A stretch of 64,000 nucleotides of DNA. Origin: an uncultured Bacilli bacterium (GTDB lineage Bacteria; Bacillota_I; Bacilli_A; RF39; UBA660). Under the pieces are notes generated by a model, which was not told where the DNA came from, made no database searches, and saw only the letters and a list, made by a program, of their open reading frames with translations. The stretch covers positions 6,968 to 70,967 of the forward strand of contig CANRDN010000005.1 in NCBI GenBank assembly GCA_947629375.1, written 5' to 3'. Position numbers and translations under genes: made by a program. Positions 1-9,300 of this stretch are shown here, piece by piece (the first letter of the stretch is position 1; every line of letters starts with the position of its first letter).

Positions 1-1112
1 GAGTACTTCAGGCAACAAAAAATTATTTCTTGAATTATAATTTTGAAGAACATAAAGAAACTGGTGTATTTGAAGCAGGATCTGCTGATATTACATTTGA
101 TTTTAGTGATTATTTCAATGGCCTTGCTGAAGTTGTTCTTGATGAGTGGGTTGGAGAAACCGAAACTACTCAGTACATGATTGATGAAAATGGAAATCTT
201 GTTGAAATTACTGAAAAGAATATGGAAGATGCCGAAGCAGCAATAGCAGCAGGAGATCCTTTAGCAGAAGTTACGGAAGGAGACCATACAACTACATTCG
301 ACGATGGCACAAAAATGAATGGTCATAGAAAGATAACAACACAATATGTTTGTCTTGATGGAGAACTAGGTTACACCGATGGAGTTGATCAATTTGTTGC
401 CCAAACAATTAAAGAAGAGGGTAAGATTATCACTCCTAAAGGACAAACATATGACTATGTAACACTTCAAGAATTTGATAATGATCAAGGAGTATTAAAA
501 CATAGTGAAGCTGATGTGACTGATGAAGATGGAAATGCAATTTATTCAAATGACAAAGATAGATTAGGTTGGTATCAAAATTTCTATTGCTCTGATGTAA
601 GAGAGTATAGAGATGTAACAGAGTTGGGAAACGATGTTACCGTTACAATGTCAACAATATATGATGGCGATTTTACAAATTCATATTCATATTCATATCA
701 TAAAGATGATCCTTCCTGTGGAACATATCAAAGGGAAGATGGAGTTGTTTACACATATTATCGAGATGAAGAAGGAAAATTACATGAGACAGAATCTACT
801 CCTACGAAAAAGACAAATCCTGATGGTTCACCCGTCATGAGTGAACCTACTGATTCAATAATTGATGAAGGACAAAAACAAACTGTTATTGTAACAAATA
901 ATGTCACTGGAGAAAGAATTGAAATACCATATAATTCAGGATCAAATCTAGATCGTGCTAAGATAATGGAACAAATGGATTTAGCGAGACTATCTTGTGG
1001 ATATAATTCTGAGTACGATACAGGTAGAAGTGTTACATGGCTTCAAGAATCAGGTGAATTTACTCTTGAAAATGGAGGTCAAAGTTTCTCATTTGTAATT
1101 GAAAATAATTAA
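1..1112 (+). CDS. C-terminal portion of a larger protein (5' end lies outside the window). Acidic, Cys/Tyr-containing C-terminal domain; candidate polymorphic toxin domain
   Basis: The reading frame is open from position 3 with no upstream stop. The frame-predicted start at 30 is TTG. A small ORF follows immediately, with no recognisable enzyme motifs. Confidence 0.45.
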   Translation, partial: VLQATKNYFLNYNFEEHKETGVFEAGSADITFDFSDYFNGLAEVVLDEWVGETETTQYMIDENGNLVEITEKNMEDAEAAIAAGDPLAEVTEGDHTTTFDDGTKMNGHRKITTQYVCLDGELGYTDGVDQFVAQTIKEEGKIITPKGQTYDYVTLQEFDNDQGVLKHSEADVTDEDGNAIYSNDKDRLGWYQNFYCSDVREYRDVTELGNDVTVTMSTIYDGDFTNSYSYSYHKDDPSCGTYQREDGVVYTYYRDEEGKLHETESTPTKKTNPDGSPVMSEPTDSIIDEGQKQTVIVTNNVTGERIEIPYNSGSNLDRAKIMEQMDLARLSCGYNSEYDTGRSVTWLQESGEFTLENGGQSFSFVIENN

Positions 1113-1127
1113 TGAAGGAGATTTTTT

Positions 1128-1616
1128 ATGAATGTTGTATGTAAAAAAAATGCAGAGATAAGAGACGAAGAATTAAGTGTCCTTTATGATATAAGTTTTT
1201 CCAATAATTCTAATCAAGAAAAAATGATAAGTAAAGAAGATTGGATTGATTTGACTAAAAAAGACAATAATCTTTTGTGCTTTGAATTTTTTAATGAAGA
1301 AGAGTTCGTTGGTTATGTATTAATTTCTATGCTAGAAAATGAAAATTTCGTTTCTGCATTTGAAATAATGAAAAAATATCAAAGTGATGGTAAGACATTT
1401 AAAGAAATGATAAGAATGTTACTACCATATACTAATACAAAAAATATTTATACTGGTATTATTTTTAATGAGAACCACCATGCTCAAATTGCTTTTAAAA
1501 GTATTGGAGCAATTCCCGATAAAAATAAATATAAAGTTTCTTATGATAGATTAAATGAGTTTTTAGATAAAAATATAGTATTTAGTGACGAAATGAAACC
1601 TTTAGATAATAAATAA
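1128..1616 (+). CDS. small cytoplasmic hypothetical protein, candidate immunity protein (possible GNAT-like Q-x-x-F-K-S-I-G-A motif)
   Basis: 162-aa ORF starting 16 nt after the stop of the upstream toxin-like C-terminal domain. No signal peptide. The motif HHAQIAFKSIGA resembles GNAT motif A. Confidence 0.4.
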   Translation: MNVVCKKNAEIRDEELSVLYDISFSNNSNQEKMISKEDWIDLTKKDNNLLCFEFFNEEEFVGYVLISMLENENFVSAFEIMKKYQSDGKTFKEMIRMLLPYTNTKNIYTGIIFNENHHAQIAFKSIGAIPDKNKYKVSYDRLNEFLDKNIVFSDEMKPLDNK

Positions 1617-1632
1617 AAATTATAATAGAGAA

Positions 1633-1663
1633 GTGTTAAATATTTTTAATTTAACACTTTTTA
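1633..1663 (+). terminator. rho-independent terminator
   Basis: Hairpin GTGTTAAAT / ATTTAACAC followed by TTTTT, directly after the 1128..1616 ORF. Confidence 0.45.
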
Positions 1664-1723
1664 TTGTGTGAAAAAAAACATTGATGTAAAATTATATTAT
1701 AAGAGATATTAGGAGTGATAAAA

Positions 1724-2923
1724 ATGGCAATTACAAATGGTTTGTCTGATGATAAAATAACTGCTGTTGCTTTAGGTGATGGTAAAGATTATACAACTGT
1801 AAATATTGTTGCTCTCAATGATGTTATTTCTTCAATGAATAGTGCTTTGGAACTCTTTTTGACTACTTGTGATGGTGATGTAGCTTCTAATAATGAAAAC
1901 TTTATAACATTAAGTAATATAGAAGTAGATGGACCTAAAGCTTTGGCATCTGGATTTGATGATCAGCTTGAAGGAATTGCTACTAATATTCATTCCGTAA
2001 TAGGTTCACTAACAGAATATGTAAATCAAGTTGAAGCAAATGACAGTAGTTTAGGAGAAAAAATTCCTTTGCCACCAAAAAAGACAAGAACGACAGTTAC
2101 GGAAGAAGAACAAAAACAATTTAATGAAATACTTCCTCCAGAGACACAATATGATCCATCCCATGCTGAATTCTTTAAGACTATATCTCTTAATGATTTA
2201 AGTAATGTTTTATATGCTTTAACTTATTTTGCCGATGCCAATCAAATGACAGTTGAACAGTTACTTTTGAATGTTCAAAGTGGCGACAATTTAAAAGAAT
2301 TATTGTTATCTCAACCAAATATTTCTGATGAACTAAGATCATATCTAGAAAACACTCCATCAGATATTTTGCTAAAAGATCTACAAGTTTTATTGTACAA
2401 TCAAGCTTTGTCTAGCGAAATATTTAACTTTGATGATGAAACAACTTCTTTCTTAGAAAAATTTACCACAACAACTTTAACGCTTATGGATGGTAATCAA
2501 ACGGGAGAGGTTTCTATAGATGATGTATTTGGTAACTCGCAAGTATTAAAAGAGAAATTATATCGTTTGGAATATTATATGACTAATACATTTTCGGGTA
2601 TTGGAGAATATGATATTCAAAAAGTATTGTTAAATTTGTATGATTCTGGTGAAGCAACAGGTGGATTAACTCAAGTTAAATCGATGTTAGAAGGTACTGA
2701 AGATAAAGATATATTTGTGAATTATATTAGAACTGAAATTGATTCAATGGCAAAGAAAAATGGAGTTACTTATGAAGTATTACTAACAGATGAAAAGTAC
2801 CAACAGGATCTTATGACAATACCAATTAATTTAGATAAATTGTTATTGTATGGTGAAATAATGGCAAGAACTGATAATCCTAGCAAAATGTGGTTTACAA
2901 CAGAACAAGAAAAAAATGATTAG
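1724..2923 (+). CDS. hypothetical protein (400 aa), first gene of the WXG100-like module
   Basis: ATG at 1724 is preceded by AGGAGTGA; the ORF-track start at 1715 is GTG. No motif recognised. Confidence 0.5.
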   Translation: MAITNGLSDDKITAVALGDGKDYTTVNIVALNDVISSMNSALELFLTTCDGDVASNNENFITLSNIEVDGPKALASGFDDQLEGIATNIHSVIGSLTEYVNQVEANDSSLGEKIPLPPKKTRTTVTEEEQKQFNEILPPETQYDPSHAEFFKTISLNDLSNVLYALTYFADANQMTVEQLLLNVQSGDNLKELLLSQPNISDELRSYLENTPSDILLKDLQVLLYNQALSSEIFNFDDETTSFLEKFTTTTLTLMDGNQTGEVSIDDVFGNSQVLKEKLYRLEYYMTNTFSGIGEYDIQKVLLNLYDSGEATGGLTQVKSMLEGTEDKDIFVNYIRTEIDSMAKKNGVTYEVLLTDEKYQQDLMTIPINLDKLLLYGEIMARTDNPSKMWFTTEQEKND

Positions 2924-2935
2924 GGTGTGATTAAA

Positions 2936-3283
2936 ATGTCGAAAATAGTAAAAGTAAATTTTTCTCAATTAGCTGAAAGAGGAAAAAATCAAAAAGAACT
3001 TGCTGAAAAATTTGAAAAAGCAAGACAAGATTTTCAAACAATTGTTAATTCATTAAATGAGTGTTGGGAAGGAATAGATGCAACAGCATTTCTAAATAAT
3101 TGCAATAATTATTTAGAATATTTAAAAAATGACACATTGTACTTTGATACTTTAGGTGAGTACTTTACTACTTGTTCTCTTTCATATAATAAAGTTGTTC
3201 TTGAAAATAAAGAAAAAATAAATCGTTTGAATAATTTAATTGACCAAGATAATCAAGAACAACCAGGAGGGGTGTCATTATGA
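2936..3283 (+). CDS. WXG100-superfamily-like small helical protein
   Basis: About 115 aa with a central motif CWEGIDATAF that matches W-x-G-x-x-A-x-A-F. The stop overlaps the start of the next ORF (ATGA), indicating translational coupling. Confidence 0.5.
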   Translation: MSKIVKVNFSQLAERGKNQKELAEKFEKARQDFQTIVNSLNECWEGIDATAFLNNCNNYLEYLKNDTLYFDTLGEYFTTCSLSYNKVVLENKEKINRLNNLIDQDNQEQPGGVSL

Positions 3284-3627
3284 CTATGAAAATTGATACA
3301 GATGCCTTAACTGCAAAAATTACACAATTAAAAGAGCAACAGCGTATTATTGCCGAAGTTTTAGAAAAGTTTAAAGGTGACACATTGATAATGGATTCCT
3401 ATTGGTCTAGTAATACGGGTGATACAGTAAAAGAGAATTTACTCGAATATATGTCTGCCTTTGACATAATAAATAGACAAATAACAATCTATGTAACCTT
3501 TTTAGAAAGTGTTGTTAATGGATATGTAGATGAAGAAAATATGATAGCAAATCAAATTGAAATGGCAGCAAATGTCCCAATAGGGGTAAATGAAGTAAAG
3601 CAAAATAATGATATGCAGAATATGTAA
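3280..3627 (+). CDS. small helical protein, WXG100/Lap-like partner
   Basis: 115 aa. RBS AGGAGGGG at 3265-3272. Translationally coupled to the upstream WXG-like ORF. Contains YWSSNTGD ... SAF. Confidence 0.4.
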   Translation: MTMKIDTDALTAKITQLKEQQRIIAEVLEKFKGDTLIMDSYWSSNTGDTVKENLLEYMSAFDIINRQITIYVTFLESVVNGYVDEENMIANQIEMAANVPIGVNEVKQNNDMQNM

Positions 3628-3674
3628 GAGATTTTCTAATAGATAAATAGATTAAGCAATATCTAGGAGGTATT

Positions 3675-5918
3675 ATGGCACTTACAACATTAATAAAAAA
3701 TGAACAGCTTTTTAGAATAGAAAAAGAAGTTGGAGATTTTACATTTTCTTTAGAAACTTTTGGTGACACAATTGCAGGTTCTTTAAGTACATTTTCCAGT
3801 AGTATAAGTAAATCTATAGAAAGTCTTGGAAACGATAACTGGGATGATGAAGTAAAGGATCAAGTTGATGAAACAAAGACAAATATATCAAATGAAATCA
3901 CCAAAGCATCAAAGACTGCCGATTATATTAAGGCAGGTCAAGGACCAGCCGAAACATTAAAATCACTTGTAAAAAAGTATGTAACTGAATATAACAATTA
4001 CGAATGGGAAAAAAATAAATATGTTGTACAATATAGACAAGTTACAATAGATGATGGAGAAGAATCCAAAACAGTTGATGAAGAAACAGAAGAATATAAA
4101 GAACATATTTATAAATTACAGGCATATGCTAAAAGTGTTCGCGAATTAGAAACTGAATGTTTAAGAATATATAATGGTGTTAAGGAATATTTTGAAAGTT
4201 ATAATTTTGAAACCTGTGAAGGAACTATTGATCCAACTACACTGACAAGTGATTTTAATTTTGATGAAAAATTCAAAACATATTTTGATGAATTAATGGC
4301 TACTACACTTGGACAATCAGAAGAGACAAAAGAAGAAGATGATAACCCACCACTACCTGAAGGATTCTTAGATACTACATACGATGATGAAAATGAAGCA
4401 ATAGATGCATTGGTAGCTAGTGGATGGGATGATGAAAAAGCAAGAGCTTATGTTGAAAGTCACAAAGATGATGAACTCTCTTTTTATCCTAAACCACCGG
4501 AAGGATTTATTGGAGCAACATACGATAGTGAAGCAGAAGCTGTTGAAGCATTATTAGCGAATGACGAATGGAGTAGAGAAGAAGCAGAAGCCTATGTTAA
4601 AAAACATCTAGACAAAGATGATATTGGACTTTATCCTAAACCACCGGAAGGATTTATTGGAGGAACATATGATAATGAAGCAGAAGCTCTTGAAGCATTA
4701 TTAGCGAAAGATGAATGGAATAAAGACGAAGCAGAAGCCTATATTAAAAAGCATATAGACAAAGGTGATATTAGACTTTATCCTGATCCACCTGAAGGAT
4801 TTATTGGAGCAACATACGATAGTGAAGCAGAAGCTGTTGAAGCATTATTAGCGAATAATGAATGGAATGATGACGAAGCAGAAGCCTATATTAAAAAGCA
4901 TTTAGACAAAGGTGATATTAGACTTTATCCTGATCCACCAGAAGGATTTATTGGAGCAACATACGATAGTGAAGCAGAAGCTGTTGAAGCATTATTAGCG
5001 AATAATGAATGGAATGATGACGAAGCAAAAGCCTATGTTAAAAAACATCTAGACAAAGGTGACATTGAACTATACCCTTCTACTCCAGAAGGATTTAATG
5101 AAGTAACATATGATGATAAAGATGAAGCAATAGATGCATTAATAGCTAGTGGATGGGATGATAAAAAAGCAACAGCTTATGTTGAAAGTCACCAAGGAAA
5201 TGGAGTTAATATTTATCCTGATCCTCCAGAAGGATTTATTGGAGCAACATATGATACTAAAGATGAAGCAGTTGCAGTATTGACAGGTAAAGGATGGAAT
5301 GATGACGAAGCAAGGGCTTATGTTGATAAACACATAGAACAACAGGATATATCTATTACTCCACATCCTCAAGCTGGCCCTCCTCCAACTGGTTATGAAC
5401 CAGAAAGCACACCATCTGCTTCTGATTCTGGTCAAGGTGGTCAAACAGGTAATCCTGTGGCAGGAGATACTCCGTCACCAGACCCAGCATCAGATGAAAC
5501 TGGTTCACAAAATATGGAATGTTCTACACCTGGATATATTCCAGCAGGATGTCCAAGACCTATGACATGTTCGGCACCAAACGACAGCACACCATCTACA
5601 TCTGATTTTGGTCAAGGTGATCAAACAGGCAATCCTGTGGCAGGAGATACTCCGTCACCAGACCCAGCAACAGATGAAACTGGTTCACAATATATGGGAT
5701 GTTATCCACCTGGATATACTCCAGCAGGATGTCAAGCTCCTGGAAATACAGGGGATGAATCTCCAATCCCTCAAGATGAAGATTCTAATGACTTAATTCC
5801 TGGTAAATCTGCTAATCCAAGCAACTATAGTAGTGGTGGAGGTGGAGGTGGAAGCGGTATAGATCCTTTAACTTTAGTCAACTTAGAAGCTCAGGCAAGA
5901 TGGCGTAATAGATTTTGA
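3675..5918 (+). CDS. large repeat-containing protein (747 aa): helical N-terminal domain, seven ~49-aa repeats, two ~60-aa repeats, and a Gly/Pro/Ser-rich tail
   Basis: RBS AGGAGG upstream. The repeats are visible at both DNA and protein level (PPEGFIGATYDSEAEAVEALLANNEWNDDEAEAYIKKHLDKGDIRLYPD). The C-terminus is GGGGGGSGIDPLTLVNLEAQARWRNRF. Confidence 0.6.
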   Translation: MALTTLIKNEQLFRIEKEVGDFTFSLETFGDTIAGSLSTFSSSISKSIESLGNDNWDDEVKDQVDETKTNISNEITKASKTADYIKAGQGPAETLKSLVKKYVTEYNNYEWEKNKYVVQYRQVTIDDGEESKTVDEETEEYKEHIYKLQAYAKSVRELETECLRIYNGVKEYFESYNFETCEGTIDPTTLTSDFNFDEKFKTYFDELMATTLGQSEETKEEDDNPPLPEGFLDTTYDDENEAIDALVASGWDDEKARAYVESHKDDELSFYPKPPEGFIGATYDSEAEAVEALLANDEWSREEAEAYVKKHLDKDDIGLYPKPPEGFIGGTYDNEAEALEALLAKDEWNKDEAEAYIKKHIDKGDIRLYPDPPEGFIGATYDSEAEAVEALLANNEWNDDEAEAYIKKHLDKGDIRLYPDPPEGFIGATYDSEAEAVEALLANNEWNDDEAKAYVKKHLDKGDIELYPSTPEGFNEVTYDDKDEAIDALIASGWDDKKATAYVESHQGNGVNIYPDPPEGFIGATYDTKDEAVAVLTGKGWNDDEARAYVDKHIEQQDISITPHPQAGPPPTGYEPESTPSASDSGQGGQTGNPVAGDTPSPDPASDETGSQNMECSTPGYIPAGCPRPMTCSAPNDSTPSTSDFGQGDQTGNPVAGDTPSPDPATDETGSQYMGCYPPGYTPAGCQAPGNTGDESPIPQDEDSNDLIPGKSANPSNYSSGGGGGGSGIDPLTLVNLEAQARWRNRF
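4347..5346 (+). repeat. in-frame tandem repeat, about 147 bp x 7 (49-aa unit)
   Basis: Near-identical 147-bp units, for example 4786-4932 versus 4933-5079. The outer copies are more degenerate. Confidence 0.75.
5406..5738 (+). repeat. two 180-bp direct repeats (60-aa unit STPS.SD.GQG.QTGNPVAGDTPSPDPA.DETGSQ)
   Basis: Near-identical DNA copies beginning at about 5406 and about 5586. Confidence 0.7.
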
Positions 5919-6018
5919 TTTTAGAACTAAGTAGAACCATTATTTAACACTTTTTCTATTATTTACATATTTTAATAAATGGCGTATAATAAACTCATTC
6001 AAAGGAAGGAAGTATAAT

Positions 6019-7503
6019 ATGGAAAGAGAATTTACTGAACAAGAATTAGTAAGGCGTGAAAAGGCCAAAAATATTCGTGAAATGGGAATGGATCCTTTCG
6101 GACATAAATTTGAACGCGATTCATTTGCTGCGGATATAAAAGATAAATATAAAGATGTTCCACATGACGATTTTGAAAATATGACTGATACTGCTACTGT
6201 TGCTGGAAGAATTATGTTTATTCGAAAAATGGGTAAAGCATCTTTCTTTACAATAAACGATAAGACTGGAGATATCCAAATATATATATCTATAAATGAT
6301 GTCGGTGAAGAAAAATACGAATTGTTTAAGTCTGCTGATATTGGTGATATCGTTGGAGTTTCTGGTAAAGTTATGAAAACAAGAACAGGAGAAGTTACAA
6401 TTAAATGTTTAGAATATACGCATTTAGTTAAAGCTTTAAAACCACTACCTGAAAAGTTCCACGGTCTTACAGATATCGAAGAGCGTTATAGAAGACGCTA
6501 TGTCGATTTGATAATGAATGAAGACTCAAGACGTGTTGCCTTTATGCGTCCTAAGATTATTAGATGTATTCAAAACTTTATGGATAATAGAGGATTCACA
6601 GAAGTTGAAACACCAGTTTTAACTACACTTTTAACAGGTGCTAGTGCAAGACCTTTTGTAACTCATCATAATACTCAAGATATCGATATGTACTTAAGAA
6701 TTGCTCTAGAACTTCCTTTAAAAAGACTTTTAGTAGGTGGTATGGAAGCCGTTTACGAAATAGGAAGAGTATTTAGAAATGAAGGAATGGATCCAAAACA
6801 TAATCCGGAATTTACTTTGATGGAAGCATATCTTGCTTATAGTGACCTTGAAGGAATGATGGATATGACTGAAGCAATGTATACAACCATTGCTAAAGAT
6901 GTAGTAGGTAAAATGACTTACAACTGGTGTGGTAACGAAATAAACCTTGAAGGACCTTGGAAGAGAATTAGTATGACTGATGCTATAAAGGAAAAGACAG
7001 GAATAGACTTCAAGAAAGAAATGACTTTGGATGAAGCCTTAAAACTTTGTGAAGAGCATCACATTCCAGTAGAAGAACACCAAAAGAGTCTTGGTCATAT
7101 AATTAACTTATTCTTTGAAAAGTATGTTGAAGAAACACTTATTCAACCAACATTCTTATATGGGCATCCAGTAGAAATAAGTCCTTTAACTAAGAAGAAT
7201 AAAGATGATCCAAGATTTGTCGATAGATTTGAATTATTTATCGGCGGAAAAGAATTTGCTAATGCTTACACAGAATTAAATGATCCAACTGATCAATTAG
7301 AAAGATTTGAAGAACAATTAAAAGAAAGAGATAAAGGAAATGAAGAAGCAAATGATATCGATATGGACTTTATCGAAGCATTAGAGTATGGAATGCCTCC
7401 AGCAGGTGGAATAGGTTATGGAATCGATAGACTTGTGATGTTATTTACTGAACAAGAAACGATAAGAGAAGTAATATTATTCCCAACAATGAAACAAAAA
7501 TAG
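6019..7503 (+). CDS. lysS: lysine--tRNA ligase (class II)
   Basis: 494 aa with an OB-fold N-terminus and class II motifs. FRNEG and GGIGYGIDRLVML are canonical LysRS signatures. Confidence 0.95.
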   Translation: MEREFTEQELVRREKAKNIREMGMDPFGHKFERDSFAADIKDKYKDVPHDDFENMTDTATVAGRIMFIRKMGKASFFTINDKTGDIQIYISINDVGEEKYELFKSADIGDIVGVSGKVMKTRTGEVTIKCLEYTHLVKALKPLPEKFHGLTDIEERYRRRYVDLIMNEDSRRVAFMRPKIIRCIQNFMDNRGFTEVETPVLTTLLTGASARPFVTHHNTQDIDMYLRIALELPLKRLLVGGMEAVYEIGRVFRNEGMDPKHNPEFTLMEAYLAYSDLEGMMDMTEAMYTTIAKDVVGKMTYNWCGNEINLEGPWKRISMTDAIKEKTGIDFKKEMTLDEALKLCEEHHIPVEEHQKSLGHIINLFFEKYVEETLIQPTFLYGHPVEISPLTKKNKDDPRFVDRFELFIGGKEFANAYTELNDPTDQLERFEEQLKERDKGNEEANDIDMDFIEALEYGMPPAGGIGYGIDRLVMLFTEQETIREVILFPTMKQK

Positions 7504-7601
7504 AAAGTATGGTTTACATATTTTCTTTTTCTTTTTGCAAATTAAATTCAATAGAAGTTTAAAATGTGTTAAGATATTTCTATAATGTGAGGATGACTAT
7601 A

Positions 7602-8576
7602 ATGAGAAAAGTTTCTATTGTTTTATCTTTTGTAGGTGTATGCTTAATAGCATTCGGTATTTATTCGTATACTGATTCTAACAATGAAAATAAGGAAGAA
7701 GTTTCTTTTAATCCTGAAGTTCATAAAGATGTAACAGAAGAAGACAAAAAAAATATTTTAAACTATTTAAATGTCAAATATGGTGAAGGATTTAAAGTAG
7801 TTGAGCATACTACTAAATATTGTTTATCTAAAGAAGATGGTAATTATGTAGTCGATAAAACTTGTGAAAAAAAGCATATAGTAAATAATATCTATAAAGT
7901 GCAAGATAGTGATGATATAACATTTTATGTAAAGAATGTTACTTTTCCTAATGATGAAAACTACGAAGAATACTTTAATAACTCTTATTATGATAACTAT
8001 GTTACTTTTAATGTAACAAAAAAAGTTGAAGAATCACTTACTCCTTTATTTAAAGAATTAGGTGATGTTAAAGAAATAGAAATCTATGATGGAATAGGAG
8101 TAGAATATCCTCAGTTTGAAAAAGTAAACGATGATTATAAATATTATATAATGTTTTCTAATTTAAATAAAAATAGTCAAGATATTGTCAATAAAGATAT
8201 GGAAATAACTGATTATATAAATAGAATTTATACTTTGGATTATTCAAATAAAGTGAAATTATATGTTAAATATGATCTTGATATTAATTCTCAAAACTTT
8301 AAAGAAATTGTTAATAACTTAAAAAACGGTAATTTCCTTAATTTAAATTATGGATTAGAAGCAGATTCAATTATATTAGAGTTTAACAATAATATATATT
8401 TAAAATATAATCAGGGATTTACTTTTGAACTTTTAAAGTATGATAAAAATCTACTTGAAGAAGATGGAACTTTAGTATATGATAAAAAAATAACTTTGGA
8501 TTTTTCTGATACAGAAGAAGGTAGTATTTTCTTTGATGATTTTATGAATCTTGAAAGTATAGATCTTAAGTTATAA
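7602..8576 (+). CDS. membrane-anchored hypothetical protein (N-terminal TM helix, Asn/Tyr-rich extracytoplasmic region)
   Basis: ATG at 7602 is preceded by GTGAGGATGA. The ORF-track start at 7566 uses an upstream alternative start. Confidence 0.45.
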   Translation: MRKVSIVLSFVGVCLIAFGIYSYTDSNNENKEEVSFNPEVHKDVTEEDKKNILNYLNVKYGEGFKVVEHTTKYCLSKEDGNYVVDKTCEKKHIVNNIYKVQDSDDITFYVKNVTFPNDENYEEYFNNSYYDNYVTFNVTKKVEESLTPLFKELGDVKEIEIYDGIGVEYPQFEKVNDDYKYYIMFSNLNKNSQDIVNKDMEITDYINRIYTLDYSNKVKLYVKYDLDINSQNFKEIVNNLKNGNFLNLNYGLEADSIILEFNNNIYLKYNQGFTFELLKYDKNLLEEDGTLVYDKKITLDFSDTEEGSIFFDDFMNLESIDLKL

Positions 8577-8589
8577 AGATGGTGATTGA

Positions 8590-9249
8590 ATGAGTTTAAA
8601 AGAAAAAATAGATATTCCTAAGTATTCTTTGGGAGAAGAGATTATGAGTGCGATAACTCACGGTATTGGAGCACTTCTTTCTATTGCTGCACTTGTTTTG
8701 TGTGTCGTTTTTAGTTCGATAAAGGGGGATGCTTTATCTGTTATTAGTAGTATTATTTATGGTGTTAGTATGATACTTCTTTATACGATGTCCACACTTT
8801 ACCATTCGATACCTGATAACAACGCGAAAAGAATTTTTAGAATTATAGATCATTGTAGCATCTTCTTACTAATTGCTGGGTCTTATACTCCATATACCCT
8901 TATTGCTTTAGAAAAACCACTTGGCTATTATTTGTTTGCTATTATTTGGATAGTTTCTATTATTGGAATAGTCTTGAATGCGATTAATTTAAAAAAATTT
9001 AAAGTGATTTCCTTTATTGGATATTTGGTTCTTGGTTGGATTATAATCTTTGCGTTTAAACCTCTTTATAATTCGATAAGTTTAGGAGGAATTTTACTTC
9101 TTTTATCAGGGGGAATAGTATATTCTCTTGGTGCAATATTTTATGCTTTTGGAAGAAAAGTTAAATATTTTCATTCAATCTTTCATCTATTCGTTTTAGC
9201 AGGAAGCATCCTTCAGTTCTTTTCAATTTTGCTTTTTGTAATAATATGA
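8590..9249 (+). CDS. hemolysin III / PAQR family membrane protein
   Basis: 219 aa with 7 TM segments and His motifs (HSIF..H, HLF) typical of the HlyIII/YqfA family. Confidence 0.8.
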   Translation: MSLKEKIDIPKYSLGEEIMSAITHGIGALLSIAALVLCVVFSSIKGDALSVISSIIYGVSMILLYTMSTLYHSIPDNNAKRIFRIIDHCSIFLLIAGSYTPYTLIALEKPLGYYLFAIIWIVSIIGIVLNAINLKKFKVISFIGYLVLGWIIIFAFKPLYNSISLGGILLLLSGGIVYSLGAIFYAFGRKVKYFHSIFHLFVLAGSILQFFSILLFVII

Positions 9250-9300
9250 GATAATTGTATCTTGTATTTTTTTTTGATATAATTTCACTAGGTGATAAAA

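Noticed and set aside
4347-5738. The regular spacing of repeats could suggest a CRISPR array.
   Set aside because: The units are 147 and 180 bp, directly abutting with no spacers. They are in frame inside a protein-coding gene and encode conserved peptide units. This is not CRISPR.
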